Sequence record: NZ_CP031103.1
DNA from: a plasmid
Reading direction: 5' to 3' (one strand)
DNA length: 64,000 bases
A program made the translations under genes and the position numbers. Of the stretch, positions 21,735 through 31,330 are shown piece after piece (position 1 is the first letter of the stretch; every line of letters starts with the position of its first letter). A model generated the notes under the pieces. It saw only the letters and a program-made list of their open reading frames with translations. It did not search any database and was not told where the DNA came from.

Positions 21735-22009
21735 TCTTTGCGGTTCCGGATGAGCTGGTAACTCAACCGGGGGGTACTCTCTTTAGCTGACAGGAAAAAT
21801 GATACGCGAATATTTTGGTCGCGGCAAACGACGTTTAGATACAAAACACACCAAAAGCCCTGGCTTTGTAGAACGGGTGGTACCGCGATACAAAGTGCTC
21901 TCATAGGTTGGAGTGCTCTCTTTAGCTGACACGTAAGAGAAAAAAACCGATGTAACAGGCCATTTGGAGTAGACGTCGGTGCTCTCCCTCCGCATCGTTG
22001 GAGGTACGT

Positions 22010-22105
22010 ATGATTAGTAAATTAATCATCGTTCTGAAAGGCCTGATCGTCGTTGCAAAACTGGCGCTCGAGCTTTTAGAACAAATCAGTAAGTTTTTTG
22101 ACTGA
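22010..22105 (+). CDS. 31-aa hydrophobic peptide MISKLIIVLKGLIVVAKLALELLEQISKFFD, DinQ/TisB-like type I toxin candidate
   Basis: GGAGG RBS 5 nt upstream; similarity of pattern to DinQ (MIDKAIIVLGALIALLELIRFLLQLLN); strong terminator follows. Confidence 0.5.
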   Translation: MISKLIIVLKGLIVVAKLALELLEQISKFFD

Positions 22106-22111
22106 TACGAA

Positions 22112-22142
22112 AACAAAAGGCGCCTTCGGGCGCCTTTCTTAT
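22112..22142. terminator. bidirectional rho-independent terminator (aaaaggcgcc ttcg ggcgcctttctt)
   Basis: GC hairpin with T-runs on both strands; ends the small ORF (+) and the 22146-22379 gene (-). Confidence 0.75.
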
Positions 22143-22145
22143 TGG

Positions 22146-22379
22146 TTAATGTGCCGGTTCCGGCGGGCTCTCCGCCTTTTTCAGCACGTCCTCCACCCGT
22201 CCACGATATTGCAGCAACAAGCCCAGCGTCGCGTCATCCAGCGCGATAGAGTCACCCGCATCGGTGCGTATCCAGACCTGGTAGCCGTCGAACCGGGCAT
22301 ACACTCCATCATGAATGTAGGTTTCCTGCGACGGATCAAACGGCGTACTCCACGGGAAGAGCGGTATTTCCTGTTCCAT
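22146..22379 (-). CDS. hypothetical protein (77 aa)
   Basis: ORF only. Confidence 0.4.
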   Translation of the reverse strand: MEQEIPLFPWSTPFDPSQETYIHDGVYARFDGYQVWIRTDAGDSIALDDATLGLLLQYRGRVEDVLKKAESPPEPAH

Positions 22380-22388
22380 CTTCTCTCC

Positions 22389-22889
22389 TCAATGACTCTT
22401 CGACAGGTGCGTAATGCGCATCTGCATGACCATCACACCCTGCTGGCTAATCTCCTGGTGTAGGCGTGTCCAAGCGTAGAACTCCTTCACCAGCGCCGCA
22501 GAGACGGCAAGATCGGCCTTCCCGCCCCGTGCATGAAACTCACTGGCGATACGCTGGCACATAGCTTCACCTTCCTCGTGCGGGAACGGTGTGGCGGCGA
22601 GCAGCTGATCGCGTTCCTCATCAAGCACGTCGTAGATATGGCGCTTCTCAAAGGTGACGCTATCCCCGTCGCGCAGGCCATGTCTGACCGTATGCAACAG
22701 ATCGTTGTTGATACGTCCCGTTACGGTGTCACCTTCGACAGCCGTCACCGCCACCCAGAAACGCTCCCGATCTACGCAGACTTTCACGCTGACCCGACCA
22801 CAACCGAATCCAGTTCGGTCTGGCCAGGTGCGGCGAAGGTATCCGGGTAAAGGCGCTCCATACGTTGTGCATCTTCAAACGTAGCCATT
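22389..22889 (-). CDS. hypothetical protein; 132-aa ORF possibly continuous with an upstream 34-codon ORF (ATG 22889) via -1 frameshift
   Basis: ORF track plus manual translation of 22788-22889. Confidence 0.35.
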
Positions 22890-22894
22890 GGCGC

Positions 22895-23284
22895 TTAATC
22901 CAGTACCAGTTGGGTGACGCGGCAGTTATACAGCGCCGCCAGCTTCTCTAGCGTGGTCTTCTGGGGTTTCTTGCGCTTCTCCATATTCGAGACACCGGCT
23001 TGTGTGATGCCCAGCTCTTTGGCCACGTCTTCCTGCGACAGCCCCCGGAACAGGCGCCAGGCAACGTGCATGGGTACGCCCTCCTTCCGGTGCAGCTTGA
23101 CGACCTCGTGAGGGTACGTCTCAACGTCGCTTTCGCCCGCCTCAACGGGCACGGATTCATACAGCTCGTCCAGATCGCTTTGTGCCACCAGCCGGTTAAA
23201 CAGGCTGATAGGGATAATGGCGCTGATCCGGTTGCCGTTCTCGTCAGTCACATATTGTACTTTGCTCATGATTACTCTCGTCAT
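22895..23284 (-). CDS. HigA-like antitoxin with C-terminal XRE-type HTH
   Basis: HTH LSQEDVAKELGITQAGVSNME; downstream of RelE-like toxin. Confidence 0.65.
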   Translation of the reverse strand: MTRVIMSKVQYVTDENGNRISAIIPISLFNRLVAQSDLDELYESVPVEAGESDVETYPHEVVKLHRKEGVPMHVAWRLFRGLSQEDVAKELGITQAGVSNMEKRKKPQKTTLEKLAALYNCRVTQLVLD

Positions 23285-23349
23285 TGTGAGGTTCAGTGCT
23301 TAGCCATTCATGAAGAGGCAGGTTCCGGCGGGTTTCCCCGCCGCTCCTG

Positions 23350-23682
23350 TTAGCGTTTTTTGTAGGTTGTTGTGGTTCGTTTCAGCACTTCCAGCACCTC
23401 GATAATCACGGGTTCCCCTTTGATTACCGTCCAGAGAACCCGGTAGTTGCCTACTGCTAACCGCCACCGCCCTTTCTTGTCATCCGTCAGCTTCTTCACG
23501 TTCAGGTGTGGAATGTTCGGCCACTTTTGCAGTTCTTCCACCCCCTCCTCTATCGCGTCACCGTCAGCGGTGGGGAGCTTTAGAAGTTGTTTGGTGGCTT
23601 TACCCGTCCAGACAATTTCAGGCATTTGCCTCTTCATGTTTTTAAAGAACATATCCCTCGTGGGATGAGTCCAATATAACAT
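23350..23682 (-). CDS. RelE/ParE-superfamily (HigB-like) toxin
   Basis: C-terminal YRVLWTVIKGEPVIIEVLEVLKR typical of RelE/ParE fold. Confidence 0.65.
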   Translation of the reverse strand: MLYWTHPTRDMFFKNMKRQMPEIVWTGKATKQLLKLPTADGDAIEEGVEELQKWPNIPHLNVKKLTDDKKGRWRLAVGNYRVLWTVIKGEPVIIEVLEVLKRTTTTYKKR

Positions 23683-23913
23683 AATTTAGTTATTTCTAAA
23701 CATATTTAGTTATATATTTAGTTATTTAGTGATATCCATCACCCGCAGCGGGCAGAAAAAAAGCCTCCGCAGAGGCTTTCACTCAGGCCGCCGTGGCGTC
23801 AGTCGGGGGATCAGTGGCATGAAAATCTCATGCACGCGGGGCTGGGACAGGAAGGCGTCTTTCACCAGCACGCGCAAGCTTTTACCGAGCGTGCCGAACA
23901 GGCCGTAGCTCGT

Positions 23914-24306
23914 TCAGTTACAGTCCGCCCCATCCTTCCTCTTCTCGCCGCTGTTGCAGGTGTAGGGGCCGCTGGACACGCCCATACAGCACGGGCAACG
24001 GAATTGCTTGCTGGGGATCGCCGCCTGCAATGCGCCAAGGCTGGCAAACACCGTCACATCCTTGATGTTAGGGAAATTGGACTGCTGGTAATAGTTCGGG
24101 GCTGTGTAGCCCCGCGCCTTCTCGACCGCCGCCAGCACTTCGAGCGGCGTCACCTCCAGCAGGGCGGCATACTCCGCGGTGAACTTACGGATGAACTGCA
24201 CCGTGCGCACGATGCTATCCGCTGAAAAGCCTGAGCATTTCGACTGAATGCCTGCCAGCAGGCCCTCGTATTCATCCACCAGCGGCTTGATGTTCTCGCT
24301 TGTCAT
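23914..24306 (-). CDS. hypothetical protein with C-terminal Cys cluster (CPCCxx...C)
   Basis: ORF, coupled to upstream gene; strong minus-strand terminator at about 23762-23800. Confidence 0.4.
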   Translation of the reverse strand: MTSENIKPLVDEYEGLLAGIQSKCSGFSADSIVRTVQFIRKFTAEYAALLEVTPLEVLAAVEKARGYTAPNYYQQSNFPNIKDVTVFASLGALQAAIPSKQFRCPCCMGVSSGPYTCNSGEKRKDGADCN

Positions 24307-24755
24307 TGTGCGTCTCCCTGCGCCGATTGCTGGGCGGCGATGATCTTCTTCTGTCGTGCCTGGAAATAGTCGAAACAGACATCCATTTCCGCATCTATGG
24401 ATACCAGTTCGCGCTCAAAGTATGCCCGCGCGTCTGTCTCGCTGGCTGGTGGCAGTTCGCCGGGGCCTTCGAGGGCATCGATCAGCCACTCGATCCCGGC
24501 GTCTGCACCCTTGCCATGCTCGCTTTCAATGATGACCGCACGCATGGCCAGTATCATTTTGCCAAACAGCAGATCCGCCTCCTTATAACGCATACGAATA
24601 TACTGGTTTTCCTCGCGCAGCAGCGCCACCTCAGCCAACGTCGCCGGTTCGTCTACCCGGTGGGCCATCAGACGAACATCAGGATCGGCGCTGGCCATCA
24701 GCTTCGTTACCTGTTCATTACTCAGTTTCATCGCTTCCACCTTCTCCCCGCCCAT
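24303..24755 (-). CDS. hypothetical protein
   Basis: ORF in operon context. Confidence 0.4.
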   Translation of the reverse strand: MGGEKVEAMKLSNEQVTKLMASADPDVRLMAHRVDEPATLAEVALLREENQYIRMRYKEADLLFGKMILAMRAVIIESEHGKGADAGIEWLIDALEGPGELPPASETDARAYFERELVSIDAEMDVCFDYFQARQKKIIAAQQSAQGDAQ

Positions 24756-24889
24756 CAGTGAAGCACCACGCCCGGCGCTGCGCCGCGCAGGGAGCTATCT
24801 GGCTCGTCTTCGCGCTCACTCTCAGCACGGCAGGACTCGCAGTCACACGGGGTTGTGCTGTTGTTACGCACTTACAGCACTTACAGCAC

Positions 24890-25180
24890 TTACAACATTT
24901 TCACCAACTCCGGGGAAATATGTTCCGATTTGAGCATTTCAACGGCGCCCAGCATGTTCATAGGGGCTGGCGTTTTGCAGCTGTCGATGTAGGAGCTCAG
25001 CACAATACCGTGAATCCCGTCCTGCACCTCGATACAGAAGCCCGCCACCATCGGGATATTGTGCGCCATGCTGAGATCCTGCATTTCCATGGTCAGCTTA
25101 TGCAGCCGGGACACGGCGTCCTCGTCGGCAGTAAAGTCGAGGATGGGTTTGTGTTTTTCGTTGTTGTTAGGCTTATCCAT
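24890..25180 (-). CDS. hypothetical protein
   Basis: ORF. Confidence 0.35.
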   Translation of the reverse strand: MDKPNNNEKHKPILDFTADEDAVSRLHKLTMEMQDLSMAHNIPMVAGFCIEVQDGIHGIVLSSYIDSCKTPAPMNMLGAVEMLKSEHISPELVKML

Positions 25181-25606
25181 TTAATCTTCCCGGTAGATTT
25201 GCATTGCGAATAGTTAGTTGCCCAGATTCACACTGACAGCGTGGGGATCAGCTCGTGTCCCTTCAGTACAATTTCAGGGCTCAGCATTCCGCGCTTTATC
25301 GCCCACACTGCTCTCTCGGGCCCCAGCGCCTTCATGAGCGCCCGGCAGTCAAACACCCGGCCCGGCACAGCACCGGCGCGCGGCCGTGGATGGAACAGCC
25401 CGCGTCGGTGAGGTATACGCACGTAAGATCCTCTTTGTGCGCCAGCATCCGGATGCCCTGGGCGGCCAGTTCGGGCTTGTCTGATACTGGCTCACGTCTT
25501 CTCCGAGCTCGGGGCGCAAGCTGATCGCGTCCCCCTGCAGCACAGTGTGCAATCGTCACAGGGCACGGCGCTGGTGCGCACAGACACGGCCCTGCTACGC
25601 ACCTTG

Positions 25607-25927
25607 TCAGCGGCCATGCTTGTTAGCCTCACGAAGGGTCACCGGCGCGGGAGTGTAGCCCTGTTCGATAGCTGACAGCGCCGCTGGGGTCATCTTCAGC
25701 GCCTCGGCGCCGGCCATCAGCGTAAAGCCCGCCCGGGTGCGGCGACTTTTCAGAATCTGGCCGTACTCAGCCCAGCGCAGGGCCTGCGCCGGTACCTTTC
25801 CCTTGCCTTCACAGCGGAAACAGGTCACCGCACCATAGCGGTGCTTAGATAAGTCCCGGCCGCCGTTGATGAACGCACTTTTGCAGCCCGCGCCCGCGCA
25901 ATCTGTGCAGGTGATCAACTCACTCAT
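25607..25927 (-). CDS. zinc-ribbon + HTH DNA-binding protein (MqsA-like architecture)
   Basis: CTDCAG...CFRCEG zinc ribbon then XRE-like HTH. Confidence 0.45.
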   Translation of the reverse strand: MSELITCTDCAGAGCKSAFINGGRDLSKHRYGAVTCFRCEGKGKVPAQALRWAEYGQILKSRRTRAGFTLMAGAEALKMTPAALSAIEQGYTPAPVTLREANKHGR

Positions 25928-26207
25928 AACTGGCCCCGATCTTGTCGTTGAACATCACATCGGTAACCAGCTCAACGATGTTTTGCGGCAGGCCATCCAC
26001 CAGCGCCTCCACGTTCGCCGTGAACTCACCCGGCCGGTTCGTAATAGGTTCGATAAGCACGGCCTTTTTCAGAGCCGTCATCAGGCGTAAAACGCGGCTG
26101 TTACCCCAGCCGAACAGGCGCGCCACGTTCACGGCGGCCAGTTGGTCCTGGTGGCTATTCAGCAGCTCCAGCAGGGCCTGACATTTTGTGTTTTCCATTT
26201 GCATCAC
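25920..26207 (-). CDS. hypothetical protein, translationally coupled upstream of the Zn-ribbon-HTH protein
   Basis: ATGATG/stop overlap. Confidence 0.35.
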   Translation of the reverse strand: MMQMENTKCQALLELLNSHQDQLAAVNVARLFGWGNSRVLRLMTALKKAVLIEPITNRPGEFTANVEALVDGLPQNIVELVTDVMFNDKIGASYE

Positions 26208-26574
26208 AGCACTTCCCCGCTAACCCGATAATCCATCCCAAGCCGGTCAGCCTCACGGCGCGCCAGGGTCATCAACAATTCACCACGGCTGCTGAACCTC
26301 GTTACATCCACCAAATCGTCCAGCATCTTTCTTTCGGTCAGTGAGATACGCAGTCCGCGCAGCTCGAGGATCCCCAACTGACGTTCACGCTCACGACGAT
26401 CCCGCTGATAGTCCGCTTCCTTTTTATGGTTCCGGCGGCGAACCGGACCCGGTTTGCGGCGTTTTACGATCTGAATCGCTATTATTTCCCTCGCGTTAAA
26501 CCCATTGATTTGCGCAACAGAAAATCGTTAGGATGTTTGAGGGGGTAGGGCGCCGCAATGGCCCCCCCTTAACG

Positions 26575-27165
26575 TCAGTCGGTTTTCTTTTCCAGCCCGT
26601 TCTGCACGGCCACACGGTCAATCACTTCACGCCAGGCGCTCAGCGGCAGGTCACCAAGTTTGGCGATCGGCTGGTTCTTCGTGTTAGTCAGCATCACCCG
26701 GCGCTTGCGCACGCCCTCACCCGGGATCGCCAGCTCCCACCAGTGGCGGGTATTGTTAAACAGCACGTTGGCGCCGTACCCGGCCGCGATCGCTTCCAGG
26801 TCCCGGCGGAAAATGCGCGGCCCCTGGTTACAGTCCCAGCCCAGACGGTCAGTCGGGGCATTCTGCAGATCGAGAGCCTTACCGCTATCGCTCAGCATAT
26901 ACAGGTGACCCCAGCGCAGTACGCCCGGTTTCACTTCCACAAGGTAGCCCGCGTCAATCAGTCCGTGCGCGGCCATGGCGCTGGCTGCAGGTACGCCCTT
27001 GGGCTCCTGGGCTTCGCCGTCCATCAGCACCACCAGCTTCGCTCCGGACAGCAGGGTCTGGCGGCGGTGTGCGGGCACGCTGGCCATCGGGCGGATCATC
27101 AGGTACTCCGCTGGTCCGCTCTTCAGGGCGCGGACGATATCGGCGCGCTTGCTTGTCATCTTCAC
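26575..27165 (-). CDS. hypothetical phage-like protein
   Basis: ORF coupled (ATGA) to VRR-NUC gene. Confidence 0.4.
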   Translation of the reverse strand: MKMTSKRADIVRALKSGPAEYLMIRPMASVPAHRRQTLLSGAKLVVLMDGEAQEPKGVPAASAMAAHGLIDAGYLVEVKPGVLRWGHLYMLSDSGKALDLQNAPTDRLGWDCNQGPRIFRRDLEAIAAGYGANVLFNNTRHWWELAIPGEGVRKRRVMLTNTKNQPIAKLGDLPLSAWREVIDRVAVQNGLEKKTD

Positions 27166-27815
27166 TGTTCGTTGTTCTCCTTTTCTGCCCAGGCAACATT
27201 ACGCGGCCACGTCGGTATGGATTCACCCGGGGCAAGGTGACGATACTGCATAAGCAACTGATATGCCTCCTCCACCCCTTCAGCCAGCGTGCAATAGTAG
27301 CCCTGTTCGGCCAGCAGGCGCAGCTTGAATATCTGCGCTTCGCTGATACGCCCGCCCTTCGCTTTCAGTTCCAGACGGCAACCGTGATATACACCACGCG
27401 GCATATCGACCATAACATCAGGGTAGCCATTTTTCAGGCCGCTGGCCGTCATCATGCCTGCCGTCTTTCCTGGGCGGTAACCCCCGTTCGGGATCGCACT
27501 GGTCAGAGCATACAGCTCCGGGTCTGCGACCTCGATACGGGCGAACAATTCGACCTGCTCGTAATACTCCTGGTTCCCTTTCCGTAGGTCCGGCTTCTTC
27601 GCCAGCATGGCCATTGCCACGGCATGAGGCGAAACGTAGCCCGGGTCACCGAGGCGCGCGCCTACAGGGCGCTGTACCTTCTTTTTGCTGGAGGGCTTGC
27701 TGGTCGGGTTCGACAGATTGAAGCTCTTTCCGGAGCCGCTGCGCAGGCCCTTTTCGGCCCACTTCTGACGGCGTTCCAGTTGTGTCTGCAGAAAGTCTTC
27801 CCCGAACCGTGCCAT
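27162..27815 (-). CDS. VRR-NUC domain nuclease
   Basis: GYPDVMVD...RLELKAKGGRISEAQ matches PD-(D/E)xK VRR-NUC signature. Confidence 0.55.
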   Translation of the reverse strand: MARFGEDFLQTQLERRQKWAEKGLRSGSGKSFNLSNPTSKPSSKKKVQRPVGARLGDPGYVSPHAVAMAMLAKKPDLRKGNQEYYEQVELFARIEVADPELYALTSAIPNGGYRPGKTAGMMTASGLKNGYPDVMVDMPRGVYHGCRLELKAKGGRISEAQIFKLRLLAEQGYYCTLAEGVEEAYQLLMQYRHLAPGESIPTWPRNVAWAEKENNEQ

Positions 27816-28695
27816 TCACTCTCCATCGTTCATGATTATGTAATTTAATTACTGTCTTAGGACATTAAAACAACCGACGCGCCCAAAAGAATGACTTAGA
27901 TTCAGGTTAATTAAAAAGAGTTCAGGCGTCTTGATGTGAGGGAGGGAAAAAGTGGTGAAAAAGTGACAATAGGAGCGAAAAATTTGATCCGGGATCCCTA
28001 AAATGATCTTCCAGGCGAAGCGATACCAGGATACTGTATGTCCCTGAAACGAAGAAACCCCACGTTCTCAGGCGCGGGGTTTAATCGGGTAAATGAGTTT
28101 TCTCAGGACTCATTTGCCGGGTAACTGAACCGTGGGAGCGGACCAGTCACCATAATGTAAAGTCAGTGTATCTGCCTTAAGGCATATGTTCAAGCCGATT
28201 AAAGCAGCAATATGGGAAAATTTCCCATCACCTCGCACTATTTTTCCGCTCCCTGGTTCCAGTTACCGCATTGGCTAACGCCTTTGGCGGCGATTTACCG
28301 TGCCTGCGCGACGTGGAGTGGAGAGATAAGTCCGCGCGTGGACGCGTTAGCCTGGGCCAGACGGGGAGTCTGATTACAAGGCCCAGCGTTGGAGCGAGCA
28401 CCCAGTAGGTCAAGCAGTGCCGGAACAGGTGAGGAGTGCGATACCGCCACCGAGGAGAAAGAGCGGATATCCGGCTGCAAAATGAGACGGGGTGTGATGT
28501 CAGGACGCAATCAGGGGAGCGCAGGCGGGTAACTACCTGTATCTCAAAGCTGGCACGGTTTCGCCTACTTCTGGCTTGTAGCGTCGCTTTTTTGTGATGC
28601 TCGTCAGGAGTAGCGGAGCTATGGAAAAACAGCCACCAACATTACCGTTTAACGCCCGCCCTGCTTATGCTGAAGTAACGAACCGGAGATGAGCC

Positions 28696-28875
28696 ATGAA
28701 CATTGATCGAGTGATCGCGCTGTTTGAAGGCAACGAGATTGAAGCACAAAATTGGATGAGTCAGCCTAACAGGGCCCTGAAATGGAAGACGCCATCAGAG
28801 TTGATGGCGTCCGAAGCGGGGACCGATGAGGTTATGAAACTGATCACTCGTCTGGAGCACGGTGTGTACTCCTGA
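28696..28875 (+). pseudogene. C-terminal DUF2384 (Xre/MbcA/ParS-type) antitoxin domain; an upstream 24-codon ORF (28621) is in the same frame separated by TGA; no RES toxin follows
   Basis: WMSQPNRALKWKTPSELMASEAGTDEVMKLITRLEHGVYS matches DUF2384 C-terminus. Confidence 0.45.
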
Positions 28876-29519
28876 GCCTCTGCGGGCCTACACGGGGCAC
28901 TCATCACTGGCCGCACGGTTGATGAAGTAAGTCCATTCACTTCCTCTGCAGCGCTCCCTTCCATCGTCTCGCCGTCATTGAATATAAGCGACTTCCCCAT
29001 TACCCAGGCGAACTGGGTACGGCCTCCAGACAGCACCAACAACACCTGCCCATTAACGAGCTGGCTGATGGGCTCAATCACCGCAAAGCCCGTTGAGGTA
29101 TCCAGTATTTGGGTGTCGATGCCAACGCCGCAGATCTTCTCTGGAGTGAGCCTGCTCTCTACGTAGTCGTTAGCGGGTGATGCGAAGGCCATCAGAGCAC
29201 CCTCCCCATAGTACGCAGCATCCAGAGTTTATTCTGGCTGTCATCGGGTGTCTTATCGACGAAAAACGTCTGGTTTTGCTCTATCCAGTTGTTGGCGTCT
29301 TGCCAGTTGAAGTGCCAGTGAACTTTCGCCAGCTGGCTGATGAAATCGTCAGTGCGCACACACTGAAAACCCTTCGGATTGTTATGTATTGCTGCGACAA
29401 ATGCGCTATGAATTTCGTATCGGCGGACCATGATCTACGCTCCTTTTCACTGTTTTTATATACAGTATTTTTTATGAAAGTGTAGATCAAGGTGGTTTAC
29501 AAGATAGGCTGCTCTGTTC

Positions 29520-29936
29520 TTAATCGATGAAAAGCGCAGGTGAAATTCCAAAGCGCGCTGCCAGCGCTTTGATATGGTCTAATGATAATTTACGCTCGCC
29601 TTTAAGCACGCGAGATACCATCGATTTTCCGCCAATCTCCGGTAAGTCGGAGAATGTTAAATCATGTTGGCTTATAAGAGTGCGTAATACCGCAACGCCT
29701 GTAGGGATCGCGGCTAATCGCGCGTTAAATTCTGCATATTCCGGCGCGGTACTTTCGTATTCTTTAATTTTCGCAGCGACGATCTCAAAGAGTGGGTTGT
29801 CTGTATCGTTCGCGTCGAAAAGATTTTCTACAAATTCCAGCGCGGCGGCGTGCTGTTCTTCGGTATGAATCCCAGCGATGAAAGGCGCAACGGCAAAAAG
29901 CGCCGCGCCTGCTTTAGTGATTTCTGGCATGTTCAT
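29520..29936 (-). CDS. HigA-family antitoxin (C-terminal HTH)
   Basis: Family resemblance; coupled to upstream small toxin gene. Confidence 0.55.
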   Translation of the reverse strand: MNMPEITKAGAALFAVAPFIAGIHTEEQHAAALEFVENLFDANDTDNPLFEIVAAKIKEYESTAPEYAEFNARLAAIPTGVAVLRTLISQHDLTFSDLPEIGGKSMVSRVLKGERKLSLDHIKALAARFGISPALFID

Positions 29937-30172
29937 TTTATCTTTCCTTTCTTCGCTTTGGCGTTGAATACGTCATACTCTTTATGAGTAAAAATACCTT
30001 TTACGAAAACGATTTGATTAACAAAGTCGATTTTCAAAACAGCTCGCCATTCGTTATGACCGATATCGATAATGTAGTGTCTATTCAGATCCTTATGGTT
30101 GTCCAACGAGCGGAAAAATTTTCTTAGGTCTTCCGGCGTTGCGAAAGAGCCCTTTTCTATCGTCTTAGCCAT
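29933..30172 (-). CDS. small RelE/HigB-type toxin candidate
   Basis: 79-aa basic protein coupled upstream of HigA-like gene. Confidence 0.45.
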   Translation of the reverse strand: MAKTIEKGSFATPEDLRKFFRSLDNHKDLNRHYIIDIGHNEWRAVLKIDFVNQIVFVKGIFTHKEYDVFNAKAKKGKIK

Positions 30173-30240
30173 TTCGATAAGCTCAGCAGCCGCGCGCGGA
30201 AATTTTTCTGCTGCCTCCCTGATCGTCTTCCTTGAAATTA

Positions 30241-31008
30241 GGTAATGACTCCAACTTACTGATAGTGTTTTATGTTCAGATAATGCCCGATGACCTTGTC
30301 ATGCAGCTCCACCGATTTTGAGAACGACAGTGACTTCCGTCCCAGCCTTGCCAGATGTTGTCTCAGATTCAGGTTATGTCGCTCAATGCGCTGAGTGTAA
30401 CGCTTGCTGATAACGTGCAGCTTTCCCTTCAGGCGTGATTCGTACAGCGGCCAGCCATCCGTCATCCATACCACGACCTCAAAGGCCGACAGCAGGCTCA
30501 GAAGACGCTCCAGTGTGGCCAGAGTGCGTTCACCGAAGACGTGCGCCACAACCGTCCTCCGTATCCTGTCATACGCGTAAAACAGCCAGCGCTGACGTGA
30601 TTTAGCACCGACGTAGCCCCACTGTTCGTCCATTTCAGCGCAGACAATCACATCACTGCCCGGTTGTATGCGCGAGGTTACCGACTGCGGCCTGAGTTTT
30701 TTAAGTGACGTAAAACCGTGTTGAGGCCAACGCCCATAATGCGTGCACTGGCGCGACATCCGACGCCATTCATGGCCATATCAATGATTGTCTGGTGCGT
30801 ACCGGGCTGAGAGGCGGTGTAAGTGAACTGTAGTTGCCATGTTTTACGGCAATGAGAGCAGAGATAGCGCTGATGTCCGGCAGTGCTTTTGCCGTTACGC
30901 ACCACGCCTTCAGTAGCGGAGCAGGAAGGACATCTGATGGAAATGGAAGCCACGCAAGCACCTTAAAATCACCATCATACACTAAATCAGTAAGTTGGCA
31001 GCATTACC
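30241..31008 (-). mobile_element. insAB: IS1 copy 1 (insA 30678-30953, insB 30256-30759), flanked by 8-bp direct repeat tgaaatta
   Basis: 768 bp, IS1 IRs ggtaatgactccaactta / ggtaatgctgccaactta; TSD seen. Confidence 0.9.
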
Positions 31009-31079
31009 TGAAATTAAGTGCATTTCGAGCGCTCTGTGTTGTCTGTATGTCAACAGAATATCTTTTTGTTGCCTAATGG

Positions 31080-31330
31080 TCAACTTTATGCGCACAAAAA
31101 ACCGCCCTTTGTGGGGGCGGTAGAGCTCCGGGGAAAGTTCGGCTGCGACCCTCTCGCACCAGGACGCAGGTACCAGCGGATTTTCTGTCGCCTTGCTGCG
31201 AACGGTATAGTAATACTCATCCATAGGGGCGTGCTGCGTGTCGTAGAAATAGCCCTCGTTCAGGTACGCTTCGGACACCATCAGCAGGCGGTTGTCCTCT
31301 TCAGTGAGGCCCCCCAGCAGCGCCTTCAAC
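31080..31330 (-). pseudogene. fragment of a second pacB-like terminase gene (GGLTEEDNRLLMVSEAYLNEGYFYD...)
   Basis: Similar to residues about 140-230 of the pacB at 1518-3022; bounded by IS1 and IS3-family remnant. Confidence 0.5.

Noticed and set aside
21770-22010. LexA box upstream of the DinQ-like ORF
   Set aside because: Searched by eye for CTGT-N8-ACAG. None present, so SOS regulation is not claimed.
26215-26475. Small minus-strand ORF (…LGILELRGLRISLTERKMLDDLVDV…) upstream of 25920-26207
   Set aside because: No ATG or RBS and only a possible TTG start. Could be real but support is insufficient.
26533-27240. 235-aa plus-strand ORF
   Set aside because: Lies antisense to two well-supported minus-strand genes (26575-27165, VRR-NUC 27162-27815) in GC-rich DNA. 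Typical spurious antisense ORF.
28761-29431. Minus-strand ORFs with GVGIDTQILDT motif, considered as an ASKHA/sugar-kinase-like gene or RES toxin
   Set aside because: Motif resemblance too weak. The 3' part overlaps the conserved DUF2384 ORF on the opposite strand, and no R…E…S pattern was found. Left as hypothetical.
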